From Kiloniellales bacterium (GTDB lineage: Bacteria; Pseudomonadota; Alphaproteobacteria; Kiloniellales; JAKSDN01), in assembly GCA_030064845.1 (NCBI GenBank), contig JASJEC010000019.1:9537-73536 (forward strand): a stretch of DNA of 64,000 nt. Reading direction: 5' to 3'. Below the pieces are notes generated by a model. That model did not search any database. It was not told the origin of the DNA and saw only the letters and a program-made list of their open reading frames with translations. The translations under genes and the position numbers were made by a program. Positions 44,277-53,849 of the stretch are shown here, piece after piece (the first letter of the stretch is position 1; each line of letters begins with the position of its first letter).

Positions 44277-47200
44277 TCATTCAGGCAGGTCTTCCGGGGC
44301 GCGGGTGATCTCGCGGATCTGGAGGCAGGCGTTGTCGGCGTCGCGGCCGTCATCGCTCACCAGGGTGAAGAGCGAGCCGAGCAGGTTGATCGGGCTGACC
44401 AGGATCTGGCCGATCGCCCGCTTGGCGCCGCTCCGCTTGCTGACGATGACCGAGGGGCCCGTCATGGGCCCCTCGATCTCGAAGGGCGTGACGATTGCGA
44501 TCAGGCGGCGGCGCTTGGGGCGCGGGCTGACGTCGATGTCCAGGTTCTCGTCGCCGAAATCCATGTCGCCGGTTCCCTCGGCGCGGACGTTCCGGGTGTC
44601 GAGCATGAGGTTGACGTCGTCTGCCGTGCCGTCGTCGATCTCGAAGCGCACGACCAGGCAGTTCAGCTCGGAATAGCCCCGGCGCGCCGAACGCGAGAAC
44701 AGCCAGCGGACCGGGTTGGTCACGGTCAGGTCGAGGAGGCCGGTCTGCACGTGGCCCTCGGCTACGGCGAGGTTGACGGTGCCGTCGAGCGACGAAGCCA
44801 GCGCATGGGGCGACTCCCCCGAGCCCTGCACCTCGACGATCATGTCGAGCTCGCCGTCAAGGGGCACCTCGCCCTCGATCTGTGCCAGGAAGTCGCCGAT
44901 GTCCAGGTCGTCGGCCACGACGCGGATGCGCATTTCCGGCGGCGCGCGGCGCGCGTCGACGCCCAGGCGAATATCGACGCTGCCGCCGATGAACCTGAAG
45001 ACCAGGGGGTCGACCGTCAGCAGGCCGTCGACCACCTCGATGCGCGCCCGGGCCTGATCGACGTCGAAATGGAGGCCGTCGATCTCGTCCAGTTCGATGT
45101 CGAGGTCCAGGTCGTAGTCCCGGATGACGCCGAGTTCGAAGGGTTCCTCGTCGAACAGCCGGGGGTCCCCCGGCGCCAGAGGCTTCTCCTCGTCGTCTGC
45201 CGCCGGCGGCTGGCCGAAGTCGGCCAGGTAGACGATCGGCGACCAGAGTCGCGCCTTCAGGACCGGGCGATCGCCGAGGTGGTTGCCCTCGAGCGTGCCG
45301 GTGATCTCGGTCTTGCCCACCCGGAGCAAGCCGTCGGCCTCGAAGAACTCGTCGCTGCCCGCGATCTGGCCTTCGAAGGCGAGGCTGCCGACGCCGGCGA
45401 CCTCGTGCCCGAGGGCGCGCGCCAGCGCTGGGACGTCGGGCACCTCGAGCGCGGCCTCCAGGCGGAGCCGGTCGTAGCGCGGCATGTCGTCGAAGATCCC
45501 CTCGCCGGTCAGGGTGAGCAGGTCTGTGCCGGTCACCGCCACCTCCAGGGCGTCGATGCCCAGGGTGCCGTCCTGGTCCGACAGACCGAAGCGGCCCTCG
45601 ACGCTGCCGAGCGCCGGCGCCCCCGCCGGCATTTTCAGCTCCAGCAGCATAGCCGCCGGCAGCGCGAAGTCGCCGCTCAGCGATACATCCTTCCGGCCGA
45701 GCAGGTCGCCGATCCGTCCGGCGGCCCGCGCCACCGGCTCGTCCGCGGGCCCTACCGAGAGCTCCAGGGCGCTCAGGCCGAGGCGCCCGTCCGGGTCGCT
45801 CAGGGTCGCCCGGGCCCGCAGCTCGCCGATCTCCGGCGGGTCGAGCTCGGGCAGGCCGAGCTCGGGGATTTGCAGCAGGCGCGCGCTTTCGGGCGCCCGG
45901 GCCTCGAGCGCGAAGGCCAGGCCGGCCGTGGCGTAGGCAGGCAGGAGCGACAGCCGCTCGATCCCACCCGTCGCGCGCACGGCCAGGTCCGCCGGGCCTT
46001 TTGCCTCGAAGGAGGCGTCGCTCAGGCTGAGCGCGGCCGGCACGCCCTGCAGGTCGAAGCGCCCCTCGATACCGGTGATCTCGGGCAGGTCGGGCGGTAG
46101 CAGCGGCGCCAGGACACGGCTCGACGCGGCGGCGACGCGGACCGCTAGGGCGAGGTCTTCGACCGGTGCCTCGGCGCCGGGCCGTGGCGCCGCCAGGCTG
46201 CCGGCCGCCTCGAGCCACAGGGCCTCCCGCGCGCCGAGCGTCACGCGCAGGTCATCGAGGCGAAAGGCGCCGGCCGCATGGGTGAGCCGGGCCTCGGCCG
46301 CGACCGGGGCGAGCCGCGCCACGAGGGCGTCGAGCTCGGCCTTGCCCGGGAAGGCGGGCCGCCGGACGCCCGCGCCCAGGAGGTGGGCCAGCAGGTCGCG
46401 CGAGGGCCGGCGGTCGACCGGCAGCGCGTGTTCGGCTTGGTAGGCGGCGATCGCGGCGCGGGTGCGCGGCCCCATGAGCCCGTCCGGGGGACCGGGATCG
46501 AAGCCGGCGTCGCGCAGTGCCTGCTGGACCGCCAGGACGAGGTCCCGGCCCGAGACCTCGAGACGCGCGGGGTCGATCTCGGGCGCTGGCGGCTGCCGGG
46601 TGGGATCGAGAAGCAGCTCGACCAGCGGCGCGCTCCGGTCGAGCGCGGCGGAGACCTTGAGGTCGGGCTCGAAGGCGAGGCCGTCGTCCGCGTGCCGGGC
46701 GAGCGGTCCCGAGGCCTCCAGCCGCAGGGACTCGAAGGCGGGCGCCTCGACCGTGAGCGCGGTGAGCAGGATGCGGTCGTCCGCCGGTTCGAGCGCGGCG
46801 GTGACATCGACGGCGCCGAGCTCGGGCAGCCGGGTGTCCAGCGCCTGCTCGAAGGGGGCGGGGTCGGCGAGGCTGAGCGCGAGAGCGGCCGTCAGCGCGC
46901 TCGGGACCGGCCCGCCGTCGTCGAAGGCCAGCGCCAGCCGGCCCTCGGCCGTGAGCGCCGCCGCGCCGTCGTGCACGAAGCGAAGCGCCAAGTCCTCGAC
47001 CGCGGGCGCGGCGAGCCGGCCGGCGACCCGCCCGGTCAGCTCGAGCTCCTCGGTCTCGGCCAGAAGCCGGCGCAGCATCTCGGGCGGGGCGGGCAGCAGG
47101 TTGAGCGCCGCCGGGCCCAGTGCGGCATCGACGCTGAAGTCCAGGCCCTCGCCCGCCGTGAGGTCGGCGAGCGATCCCTCGGCGCGGAGAAACTGTCCCG

Positions 47201-48095
47201 AGGTCTCCAGGATCTCGACCCGCAGGTCCTCGAGCGCGAGCGCGGTCAGGGCGCCGGTCACCCTGGTCCGGGCCGTGGCGCGGCCGTCCGGCGCGTCCCC
47301 GAGCGCGAGGTCCGCGGCGGTCCTTGAGATCGAGGGCGCCTCGAGGCTGAGCGCCAGGTCGAAGCCTTCGCCCTGCGGCAGGTCCAGAACGGATCCCTCC
47401 AGCGCGCCCGAGAGACCGGCGAAATCGAGCGAAAGCGTGACCGGAAAGGGCGTCTCGGGGTCGAGGGCCTGCTCGACCGAGCCGAAGCGGCCGTCGAGCC
47501 GGAACGGCGTGCCGTCGATATCGCCTTCGCCCGTGCCAATGAACCCGGCGCCGGCCGGGTCCCGCTGACGTGTCAGCTGCGCGATCCGGAAGCCCGACTC
47601 CCGGCCGCTCTCCTTGTCCCGGTAAGTGGCCGTGACGTTCCGGATCGAGATCTGCTCCATGACCGGGATGAAGGGCTCCTCGGTCGGAACGATGATATCC
47701 CAGTTCCCTGTGCCGTCGGGCCGGCGCTCCAGCGCCAGGGTCACGTCGTGGAGGACCAGTCGGGGAAGCTGCACGATCCCCCAGAGAAGGGGCCCGAGCG
47801 CGAGCTGGACCTCGGCCCGCCCGACCCGCGCCAGCTCGGGCTTCTCGGCCCAGGGCGCGTTCTCGATCCAGACGTCGGTGACGGCCAGGGTCGGTTCCCA
47901 GCCTGGTTCGACCGTGAAGGAACCGTCGACCGTGACCTGGCGCTCGACCCTGTCCTCGATCAGCTGCCGGACCGCCCAGCGGAAGAGGTCGTCGCCTGCG
48001 GTCGCGTAGGCCAGGACGAGGCTCGCCACCGCCAGCAGGAGGAGGCCGGCGCTCCAGGTCAGGATCTTCTTCGCAAGGCGCATGGATCCGCCCAT
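44277..48095 (-). CDS. Giant AsmA-family outer-membrane biogenesis/lipid-transport-like protein with an embedded peptidoglycan-binding (PG_binding_1-like) module
   Basis: 1272 aa. N-terminal anchor ILTWSAGLLLLAVASLVLAY plus an AsmA-like start. Mid-protein LVLAVQQALRDAGFDPGPPDGLMGPRTRAAIAAYQAEHALPVD (about nt 46377-46553). AsmA_2-like C-terminus. Confidence 0.8.
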   Translation of the reverse strand: MGGSMRLAKKILTWSAGLLLLAVASLVLAYATAGDDLFRWAVRQLIEDRVERQVTVDGSFTVEPGWEPTLAVTDVWIENAPWAEKPELARVGRAEVQLALGPLLWGIVQLPRLVLHDVTLALERRPDGTGNWDIIVPTEEPFIPVMEQISIRNVTATYRDKESGRESGFRIAQLTRQRDPAGAGFIGTGEGDIDGTPFRLDGRFGSVEQALDPETPFPVTLSLDFAGLSGALEGSVLDLPQGEGFDLALSLEAPSISRTAADLALGDAPDGRATARTRVTGALTALALEDLRVEILETSGQFLRAEGSLADLTAGEGLDFSVDAALGPAALNLLPAPPEMLRRLLAETEELELTGRVAGRLAAPAVEDLALRFVHDGAAALTAEGRLALAFDDGGPVPSALTAALALSLADPAPFEQALDTRLPELGAVDVTAALEPADDRILLTALTVEAPAFESLRLEASGPLARHADDGLAFEPDLKVSAALDRSAPLVELLLDPTRQPPAPEIDPARLEVSGRDLVLAVQQALRDAGFDPGPPDGLMGPRTRAAIAAYQAEHALPVDRRPSRDLLAHLLGAGVRRPAFPGKAELDALVARLAPVAAEARLTHAAGAFRLDDLRVTLGAREALWLEAAGSLAAPRPGAEAPVEDLALAVRVAAASSRVLAPLLPPDLPEITGIEGRFDLQGVPAALSLSDASFEAKGPADLAVRATGGIERLSLLPAYATAGLAFALEARAPESARLLQIPELGLPELDPPEIGELRARATLSDPDGRLGLSALELSVGPADEPVARAAGRIGDLLGRKDVSLSGDFALPAAMLLELKMPAGAPALGSVEGRFGLSDQDGTLGIDALEVAVTGTDLLTLTGEGIFDDMPRYDRLRLEAALEVPDVPALARALGHEVAGVGSLAFEGQIAGSDEFFEADGLLRVGKTEITGTLEGNHLGDRPVLKARLWSPIVYLADFGQPPAADDEEKPLAPGDPRLFDEEPFELGVIRDYDLDLDIELDEIDGLHFDVDQARARIEVVDGLLTVDPLVFRFIGGSVDIRLGVDARRAPPEMRIRVVADDLDIGDFLAQIEGEVPLDGELDMIVEVQGSGESPHALASSLDGTVNLAVAEGHVQTGLLDLTVTNPVRWLFSRSARRGYSELNCLVVRFEIDDGTADDVNLMLDTRNVRAEGTGDMDFGDENLDIDVSPRPKRRRLIAIVTPFEIEGPMTGPSVIVSKRSGAKRAIGQILVSPINLLGSLFTLVSDDGRDADNACLQIREITRAPEDLPE

Positions 48096-48201
48096 CTGCC
48101 GCTCCGCCCGCCTCGCGGGCCGATAACCCAGTCTGTTGGATAGTAGACCCTATGCCGCACCTGTCGACGGATGACGGGGATCAAGGGCCTACTGGAAACC
48201 A

Positions 48202-48258
48202 ATCGCCCTCACCCCGACCCTCTCCCGCGGGAAAGGGACAGGGTGAGGGCGTGTTGTT
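48202..48258. repeat. Intergenic palindromic repeat, family C
   Basis: atcgccctcaccccgaccctctcccgcgggaaagggacagggtgagggcgtgttgtt, between the mscS-like stop and the asmA-like start. Confidence 0.75.
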
Positions 48259-48284
48259 CCCCAGTTGAGCGTCGATTCGCGCGG

Positions 48285-50903
48285 TTACTCCTGCTCGGGC
48301 GAGGCCGACTGCTTCTTGCGCTTCTCTTCCTCGTCTTCCCTTGCTTCTTCTTCGAACGGTTCCGGCTCGGCCGCGAGCGGCTCCGCCGAAAGGGTTTCCG
48401 CGCTTTCCGCGTCTTCCCAGTCGGCGGAGAGCCGCTCGGGCGAACCGCGCGGCGGGTAGTCGAGCGTGTCCTCGAGCGCGTCGATTCTCTCGGGCGCGAG
48501 CCGGGGGAAGGGGAATTGGCCGGACCGGCGCCAGGATTTCACTTCCTGGACGACCTCGCGGCCCAGCTCCTGGTCCAGCCCGCCGTCGCGGCCCATGTAG
48601 AGGGTCTGTGAGGGGAAGGCGAAGCTGGAGCCTGACTCGGCGACGATATCGCTGATCCGAAGCAGAACGTCTTCGCGAATGGCGAAGTACTCGTTCCATT
48701 CGCGCGTCAGGGCGTAGACCCGGATCTCGATGTCGAGCGAGGAGTCGCCATAGCCCGCGAAACGCACGCGGACCGTGTCGCCGTCGATCTTGGGATGGGC
48801 GTGGAACATCTCGCGCATCTTGACCAGGGCGTAGCGGAGCTGATCGGGGTCGGTCTCGTAGCGCAGCCCGATCTTCGAGCCGATCAGCATGCGGTCGCAG
48901 CGCGCCCAGTTTATGATCTCCATGTCGGCGAACTTGGCGTTGGGCACCGAGATCAGGGTACGGTCGAGGGCCCGGATCTGGGTCGAGCGCAGTCCGATCG
49001 TCTCGACCGTCCCGGTCTGGCCGCCAAAGGAGCAGAAGTCGCCGACGCGCACCGGCTTGTCGAAGTAGAGAATCAGGCCGCCGATCAGATTCTCCAGCGT
49101 CGGCCGGACGGCGAGCGCGACCGCGAGGCCGCCGACGCCGAGGCCGGCCAGCAGCGGGACGATGTCCGCGCCCAGCCCCTGCAGGCCGTCGAGCAGGATC
49201 CAGACGCCGATCACGGTGCCCAAAAGGCGCGCCAGGATCCGCAGCAGGCTGGCGTCGACGCCGCCTTCGCTGACCCAGGGCGTGGCGATGATCGTCTCGA
49301 TCACGGCTTTGAGGAGATTCCAGACCGCCCAGGCCAGCATGGCGAAGATCACGATCTGGCCGATCGCCACGACGGTCGCCAGGACGTCGCCCGTGATGTT
49401 GAGGCCCTGGTCGATGAAGTCGCCCACCGCCTCCACGATCGCCGCGATGACGAGGGGGACGAGCACCATGCTCCACTCTCTCAGGGGCGGCGGGCGTCTC
49501 GCCGCGTATCCCTTGACGAGGCGATAAACCAGAAAGGCCGCCGCGGCCAAGACCGGCAAGCAGAGAAAGAGGGCGAGCCACTGCCAGAGTGTCTGCTCGC
49601 CATGGAGGGCCATCATCCAATCCGGCAGGGCGCCGATCCAGGCGCTGAGGGGGTCGGCGCCGGGTATCAGGTATCCCGGCGTCGTGATGTAGAACTCGTA
49701 GAACCCGGGGGACAGACCGGGCGAGAGATAGTTGTCCGTGACCCCCTGAAATCCCGTAGGGCGATAGGGCAGGTCGCGAACGTCCGTGTAGTAGTCGCGA
49801 ATACGGCGAAGCGTATCCGCGCTGAAAAGGAAGCGCCCCTGGTTCTCTCCTTCGACGACCTCCACGATATCGATCTGCGTGTAGGGGAATCGCCAGCGGA
49901 GCGGGCCGGGCGTTCGCGCGAAAAACCCGCTTGCGCCCCCGCGCGCCGCAGCGACCATCTGTTCGTTCGGAACGGTATCGATCGGCGGTGGGTGCATGCG
50001 GTCGATGATCTCTTTCAGCTTCAGAACGGTTTCGAGGCTGAAATCTTCACGGAGGGCCTCCGGCACCATGCTCAGGTCGAGCGTGTTCGCGGCGCGCTGC
50101 AGGAGGCCGCTGGCCCGTGACTCAATCGCCCGCGCTTCCTCACGGGTTATCTCCGGCGGAGTCGCGTTCAGCTTGGCGTGCGCTTCCATAACCAGGGTGT
50201 AGGCCCGGTTCACGCTATCCAAGAAGCCTTCAAGCGTGGCTCTCGGGCTCGAGGTGTCGGTCGCCTTAAGGCGGTCCCTCAGTTCACTGTCCCGTGCAAC
50301 AACGCTCTCGTGCCAATTGCGGAACTCCTCGTAAATGCCGGCTGGCGCTCCCGGCTTCAACGGCAGGTGTCTGGCGTTCCTGTAGAGCCGCGCCACCCGT
50401 TCCACGGTGTTGGCAGAGAAGAGAAACTCGCCCGCCCGTACGCCCTCTTCGACCCGGGCGATCGTGATCCTGGTGCCGGGAAGGGTCCACTGTGTGACGG
50501 CGCCCTCGGCAACCTCGGCGGTGCCTGGGATCTCCTCGTCGGGCGGTATTGCGACGCGTCCCAGAACCTCAGACAGCAGCAAAACGCGTTGCGTCTGCAC
50601 CGACCAAGCGTGGCCGTTGGGCGTGGCGCTGAAATCGAGAGCCTCCATCGCGCGCAGCCAAGCCCGGTGGTACAAGGCACCCTGTTCATCCTGGCGCCAG
50701 CCCTCGATGACGGTGCTCGCGTCCTGGAGAAAGCTCCGCAGGGTGTCGCGTGGGCTTACCGTATTGGCCGGCCTCAGAGGTTCCGGATCATAAAAGCCGT
50801 CTCTGTACTGCGCGGCGGCCGACGACGCGTAGGCGGCCGATCCGAGCAAGAGCAGTCCGAGCAGGACCGGCAAGGCGCGACGCCATGGCGACCGCCGGTT
50901 CAT
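48285..50903 (-). CDS. Mechanosensitive ion channel family protein (MscS-domain, large periplasmic N-terminal domain)
   Basis: 872 aa with a signal peptide. LIGGLILYFDKPVRVGDFCSFGGQTGTVETIGLRSTQIRALDRTLISVPN is the MscS beta-domain signature. Confidence 0.88.
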   Translation of the reverse strand: MNRRSPWRRALPVLLGLLLLGSAAYASSAAAQYRDGFYDPEPLRPANTVSPRDTLRSFLQDASTVIEGWRQDEQGALYHRAWLRAMEALDFSATPNGHAWSVQTQRVLLLSEVLGRVAIPPDEEIPGTAEVAEGAVTQWTLPGTRITIARVEEGVRAGEFLFSANTVERVARLYRNARHLPLKPGAPAGIYEEFRNWHESVVARDSELRDRLKATDTSSPRATLEGFLDSVNRAYTLVMEAHAKLNATPPEITREEARAIESRASGLLQRAANTLDLSMVPEALREDFSLETVLKLKEIIDRMHPPPIDTVPNEQMVAAARGGASGFFARTPGPLRWRFPYTQIDIVEVVEGENQGRFLFSADTLRRIRDYYTDVRDLPYRPTGFQGVTDNYLSPGLSPGFYEFYITTPGYLIPGADPLSAWIGALPDWMMALHGEQTLWQWLALFLCLPVLAAAAFLVYRLVKGYAARRPPPLREWSMVLVPLVIAAIVEAVGDFIDQGLNITGDVLATVVAIGQIVIFAMLAWAVWNLLKAVIETIIATPWVSEGGVDASLLRILARLLGTVIGVWILLDGLQGLGADIVPLLAGLGVGGLAVALAVRPTLENLIGGLILYFDKPVRVGDFCSFGGQTGTVETIGLRSTQIRALDRTLISVPNAKFADMEIINWARCDRMLIGSKIGLRYETDPDQLRYALVKMREMFHAHPKIDGDTVRVRFAGYGDSSLDIEIRVYALTREWNEYFAIREDVLLRISDIVAESGSSFAFPSQTLYMGRDGGLDQELGREVVQEVKSWRRSGQFPFPRLAPERIDALEDTLDYPPRGSPERLSADWEDAESAETLSAEPLAAEPEPFEEEAREDEEEKRKKQSASPEQE

Positions 50904-51007
50904 GACCCTCCACCCTGAATTTCACCCAAACTCTGCTCCTGCCTCTGTTTCGGATCGGGTCGCGCGGGCGCCGAGCGCCTCGAACCGGCGACGGGGCCGG
51001 GCGGCCC

Positions 51008-51589
51008 TCATGGCGCCTGGGCGGCCTTTTCGACCGAGAAGGCTTCGCCGAACAGGGCCCGGACGCGGCCGCTCCCGTCGAGGCGGAACCGCAGCAGGCC
51101 CGTATCGGCCGCCTCTTGCGGGCTGAGTGTGCCGGCGAGCAGGGCAACGACGGTGTCGTAGGAGGTCACCGCCACCGGCGTGCCGTCCCGAGGGGCGTCG
51201 GCGTGCACCTGGACGCCGAAGGCTTGTGCGCCGCCGATCTCGGTGACCCGATAGTCCGTCCACAATTGCTGGCCGGCGAGGATCAGGTAGAAATCGGTCA
51301 TTGCGGCCTCGGGCGCGAGTTCGAGACGGCCGCCCAGGTCCCGCATCGCCCCTGTCGCCCGCGCCAGACCGAACAGTCCGCGCTCGAGCCGGCTGTCCGC
51401 CAGCCGCCCCTCGGAACGGGCCCGCGCCGTCGCCGCCGCCACCTCCAGCGACCCCGGATAGGTCGGTTCGAAGAACGACCCCACGCCGGTCTGGTGGAAG
51501 GTGCATGCCAGACCCGGCGCCGCGGGAAACGCCAGGAAGATCAGGGCCGCGGCGAGGGTCGGGATCACCTTCGAGGACATGGATTTCAC
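51008..51589 (-). CDS. Hypothetical secreted protein
   Basis: 193 aa with N-terminal signal-like VIPTLAAALIFLAFPAAPGLAC. No family recognised. Confidence 0.55.
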   Translation of the reverse strand: MKSMSSKVIPTLAAALIFLAFPAAPGLACTFHQTGVGSFFEPTYPGSLEVAAATARARSEGRLADSRLERGLFGLARATGAMRDLGGRLELAPEAAMTDFYLILAGQQLWTDYRVTEIGGAQAFGVQVHADAPRDGTPVAVTSYDTVVALLAGTLSPQEAADTGLLRFRLDGSGRVRALFGEAFSVEKAAQAP

Positions 51590-51600
51590 TCGATCGGGCT

Positions 51601-52107
51601 CTAGGCGGCCGGGCTGTCTTTCTTCGCCGCGTCCAGAGCCGCCTGGAGCTTTTCCTGCTTGTCGTGGGTCAGCGAGGTCTGGAGCACGACGCCGCCGGTG
51701 CCTTCGAGCTCTTCCAGCACCTTGTCCGGGGTCACCTTGCGCACCAGCACGAAGAGCGCCGAGCTGCCGTTGTTGAAGCCGCTCGCGATTTCCCGCATGA
51801 AGTTATCGTTGATGCCGACGTCGGAGAGCGCCCCGCTGATGGCGCCCGCCGAGGCGCCGGCCGCCATGCCGAGCAGGGGGTTGAGGAAAAGAATCCCGAT
51901 CAGCGTGCCCCAGAACCCGCCGGAGATGGCGCCCGAGGCGGTCAGGTTGTGGATCTGGTTCAGTTTGACCTTGCCGTTCTCGTCCTTGCTGGCGACGACG
52001 GCGTCTTCCAGGTCGATCAGGTACTCCCGCTGCAGCTTGAGCAGCTTCAGGCGCACTTCCTCCGCCTTATGCACATCGTCGTACTCGATAACCACAAGCT
52101 CCGCCAT
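51601..52107 (-). CDS. DUF1269-family membrane protein
   Basis: 168 aa. MAELVVIEYDD..., Gly-zipper segment ASGAISGGFWGTLIGILFLNPLLGMAAGASAGAISGAL. Confidence 0.7.
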   Translation of the reverse strand: MAELVVIEYDDVHKAEEVRLKLLKLQREYLIDLEDAVVASKDENGKVKLNQIHNLTASGAISGGFWGTLIGILFLNPLLGMAAGASAGAISGALSDVGINDNFMREIASGFNNGSSALFVLVRKVTPDKVLEELEGTGGVVLQTSLTHDKQEKLQAALDAAKKDSPAA

Positions 52108-52166
52108 GGACCTCTCCCTTCGCGTCTCGCCGCTCCCGCCCCCGTCGGCGCCCAGCTCTACGGACC

Positions 52167-52232
52167 CTAGAGCAGAACGCGGTCAAATGGAATCGCTGTG
52201 GGCGATCCATTCATCGCGTGAAACGGCTCTAG
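52167..52232. repeat. Intergenic palindromic repeat, family D
   Basis: ctagagcagaacgcggtcaaatggaatcgctgtgggcgatccattcatcgcgtgaaacggctctag. It overlaps the carbonic anhydrase stop codon. Confidence 0.75.
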
Positions 52233-52966
52233 ACGAAGGTCACGCGGCCCGCGCGCACGTCGTACATGGCGCCCGCCAGTCCGATGGCGCCGCTGTCCGC
52301 CATGTCCCGCAGGATGGCGCTGCGCTCGCGGATCCGCGCCAGGGTCAGGGTCACGTTCTTGCTGGCGACCGCCTGGACGAAGGCTGGGTTCTTGGACGAG
52401 CGGTCGGCGTCGAAGCCTTCGACCGCCGCCACCGCCGGCTTGATGTTGGCCAGGGTCTTGGTCAGGTTGCCCAGCACGACGTCGTCGCAGGCGCCCTTGA
52501 CCGCACCGCACTCGGTGTGGCCGAGCACCACGACCAGCTTGGCCCCGGCAGCCGCGCAGGCGAACTCGAGGCTGCCCAGCAGGTCGTCGTTGATGAAGTT
52601 GCCGGCGATCCGCGCGCTGAAGATATCGCCGATGCCCTGGTCGAAGATCAGTTCGTTGGGCGCCCGGGAATCGATGCAGCCGACCACCGCGGCGAAGGGA
52701 AACTGGCCTTCGCCGGTCGCCCGGACCTGGGCCAGGTAGTCGCGCTTCAGCATCTGGCCCTTGGCGAAGCGGGCGTTGCCGTCCTTCAGCTTCTGGAGCG
52801 CCTTCTGCGGCGTCATGGCCGCCTGGCTCTCCCTGGTCTGGGTCATGGCCTCGTGGTGCCCGGCGCGCGCGGCGCCCAGGCCCAGGCCCGTAGCCGCGCC
52901 GGCCGCGAAGAGCGAAACGCCGGCCTGCCTCAGGAAATGCCTGCGGCCGTCATCCTTCGTCGTCAT
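52229..52966 (-). CDS. Beta-class carbonic anhydrase with a Tat signal peptide
   Basis: From the Met at 52966: MTTKDDGRRHFLRQAGVSLFAAGAATGLGLGAARA; CIDSR..., VLGHTECGAV zinc-ligand motifs. Confidence 0.88.
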   Translation of the reverse strand: MTTKDDGRRHFLRQAGVSLFAAGAATGLGLGAARAGHHEAMTQTRESQAAMTPQKALQKLKDGNARFAKGQMLKRDYLAQVRATGEGQFPFAAVVGCIDSRAPNELIFDQGIGDIFSARIAGNFINDDLLGSLEFACAAAGAKLVVVLGHTECGAVKGACDDVVLGNLTKTLANIKPAVAAVEGFDADRSSKNPAFVQAVASKNVTLTLARIRERSAILRDMADSGAIGLAGAMYDVRAGRVTFV

Positions 52967-53158
52967 TATGGTCCTTTCCCTTCCCTGGTTGTATCCCGCC
53001 GAAGCATAGACACGCTTCGCGATCATACTAGACGCTCCGCGGCCAGTGGGACCATACCGGAGGCGGTCACTGCTCGAGAGAGGCTATAGTGAGAACACAA
53101 ACCGGAGTGTTTCTAGAACCTCAGGGCGATCCAATCAAAACGATAAGGAGCAAGGGGT

Positions 53159-53578
53159 ATGGCAAAAGCGATTCTGGAGACCGCGCGGAGCTTTTTCGAA
53201 GTCTGTGAGAGCGGCAGGGGCTGGGAGGCTTGCAAGCCCTACTGCCGGGAGGACGCGACCTTCTCGGCCCAGGCCGATGCCCTGGCCGATGTGACCACCT
53301 TGGAGGCCTACGCCGATTGGATGAAGGGCCTGCTCTCGATCCTGCCGGACGGCCACTACGAGCTGAAGTCTTTCGCGGTGGATGCTGAACGGGATTCGGT
53401 CTGCGCCTTCGCTGTGTTCCACGGCACCCACACGGGTGACGGCGGTCCGGTACCGCCGACAGGCAAGAAGGCCGCGGCCGACTACGTGTACAACATGGAC
53501 TTCGAGGACGGCCGGATCGTCCACATGACGAAAATCTGGAACGACGGCCATACCCTGCGCGACCTGGGCTGGACGTGA
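53159..53578 (+). CDS. SnoaL-like / NTF2-fold protein
   Basis: 139 aa. The pattern ...ARSFFEVCESG..., ...DFEDGRIVHMTKIWND is typical of SnoaL_2-like proteins. Confidence 0.6.
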   Translation: MAKAILETARSFFEVCESGRGWEACKPYCREDATFSAQADALADVTTLEAYADWMKGLLSILPDGHYELKSFAVDAERDSVCAFAVFHGTHTGDGGPVPPTGKKAAADYVYNMDFEDGRIVHMTKIWNDGHTLRDLGWT

Positions 53579-53849
53579 ACGGCGACAGACGGACTCCGGC
53601 TGGGGCCAAGGGTGTTGGTCTCGAGGACCAACTAGGTGGAGACACTCGTGCAGGCCGCGGCCGATAGGTTCCGCGTCCGATCGGCGCCCGGCCGCGGAAG
53701 TCGACAAGGTTGAGCCAGGTTCGCCGATGTTGCTCCCGCGACGCCCGCCCGTTAGCTATGCTTACGAAATCCGTTAGTCTTTGTCGCTTTTCGTTATAAG
53801 CGGTTACGGATATCTTATTTCCCTGATCTCCAAAATCGGGACTTAACGT

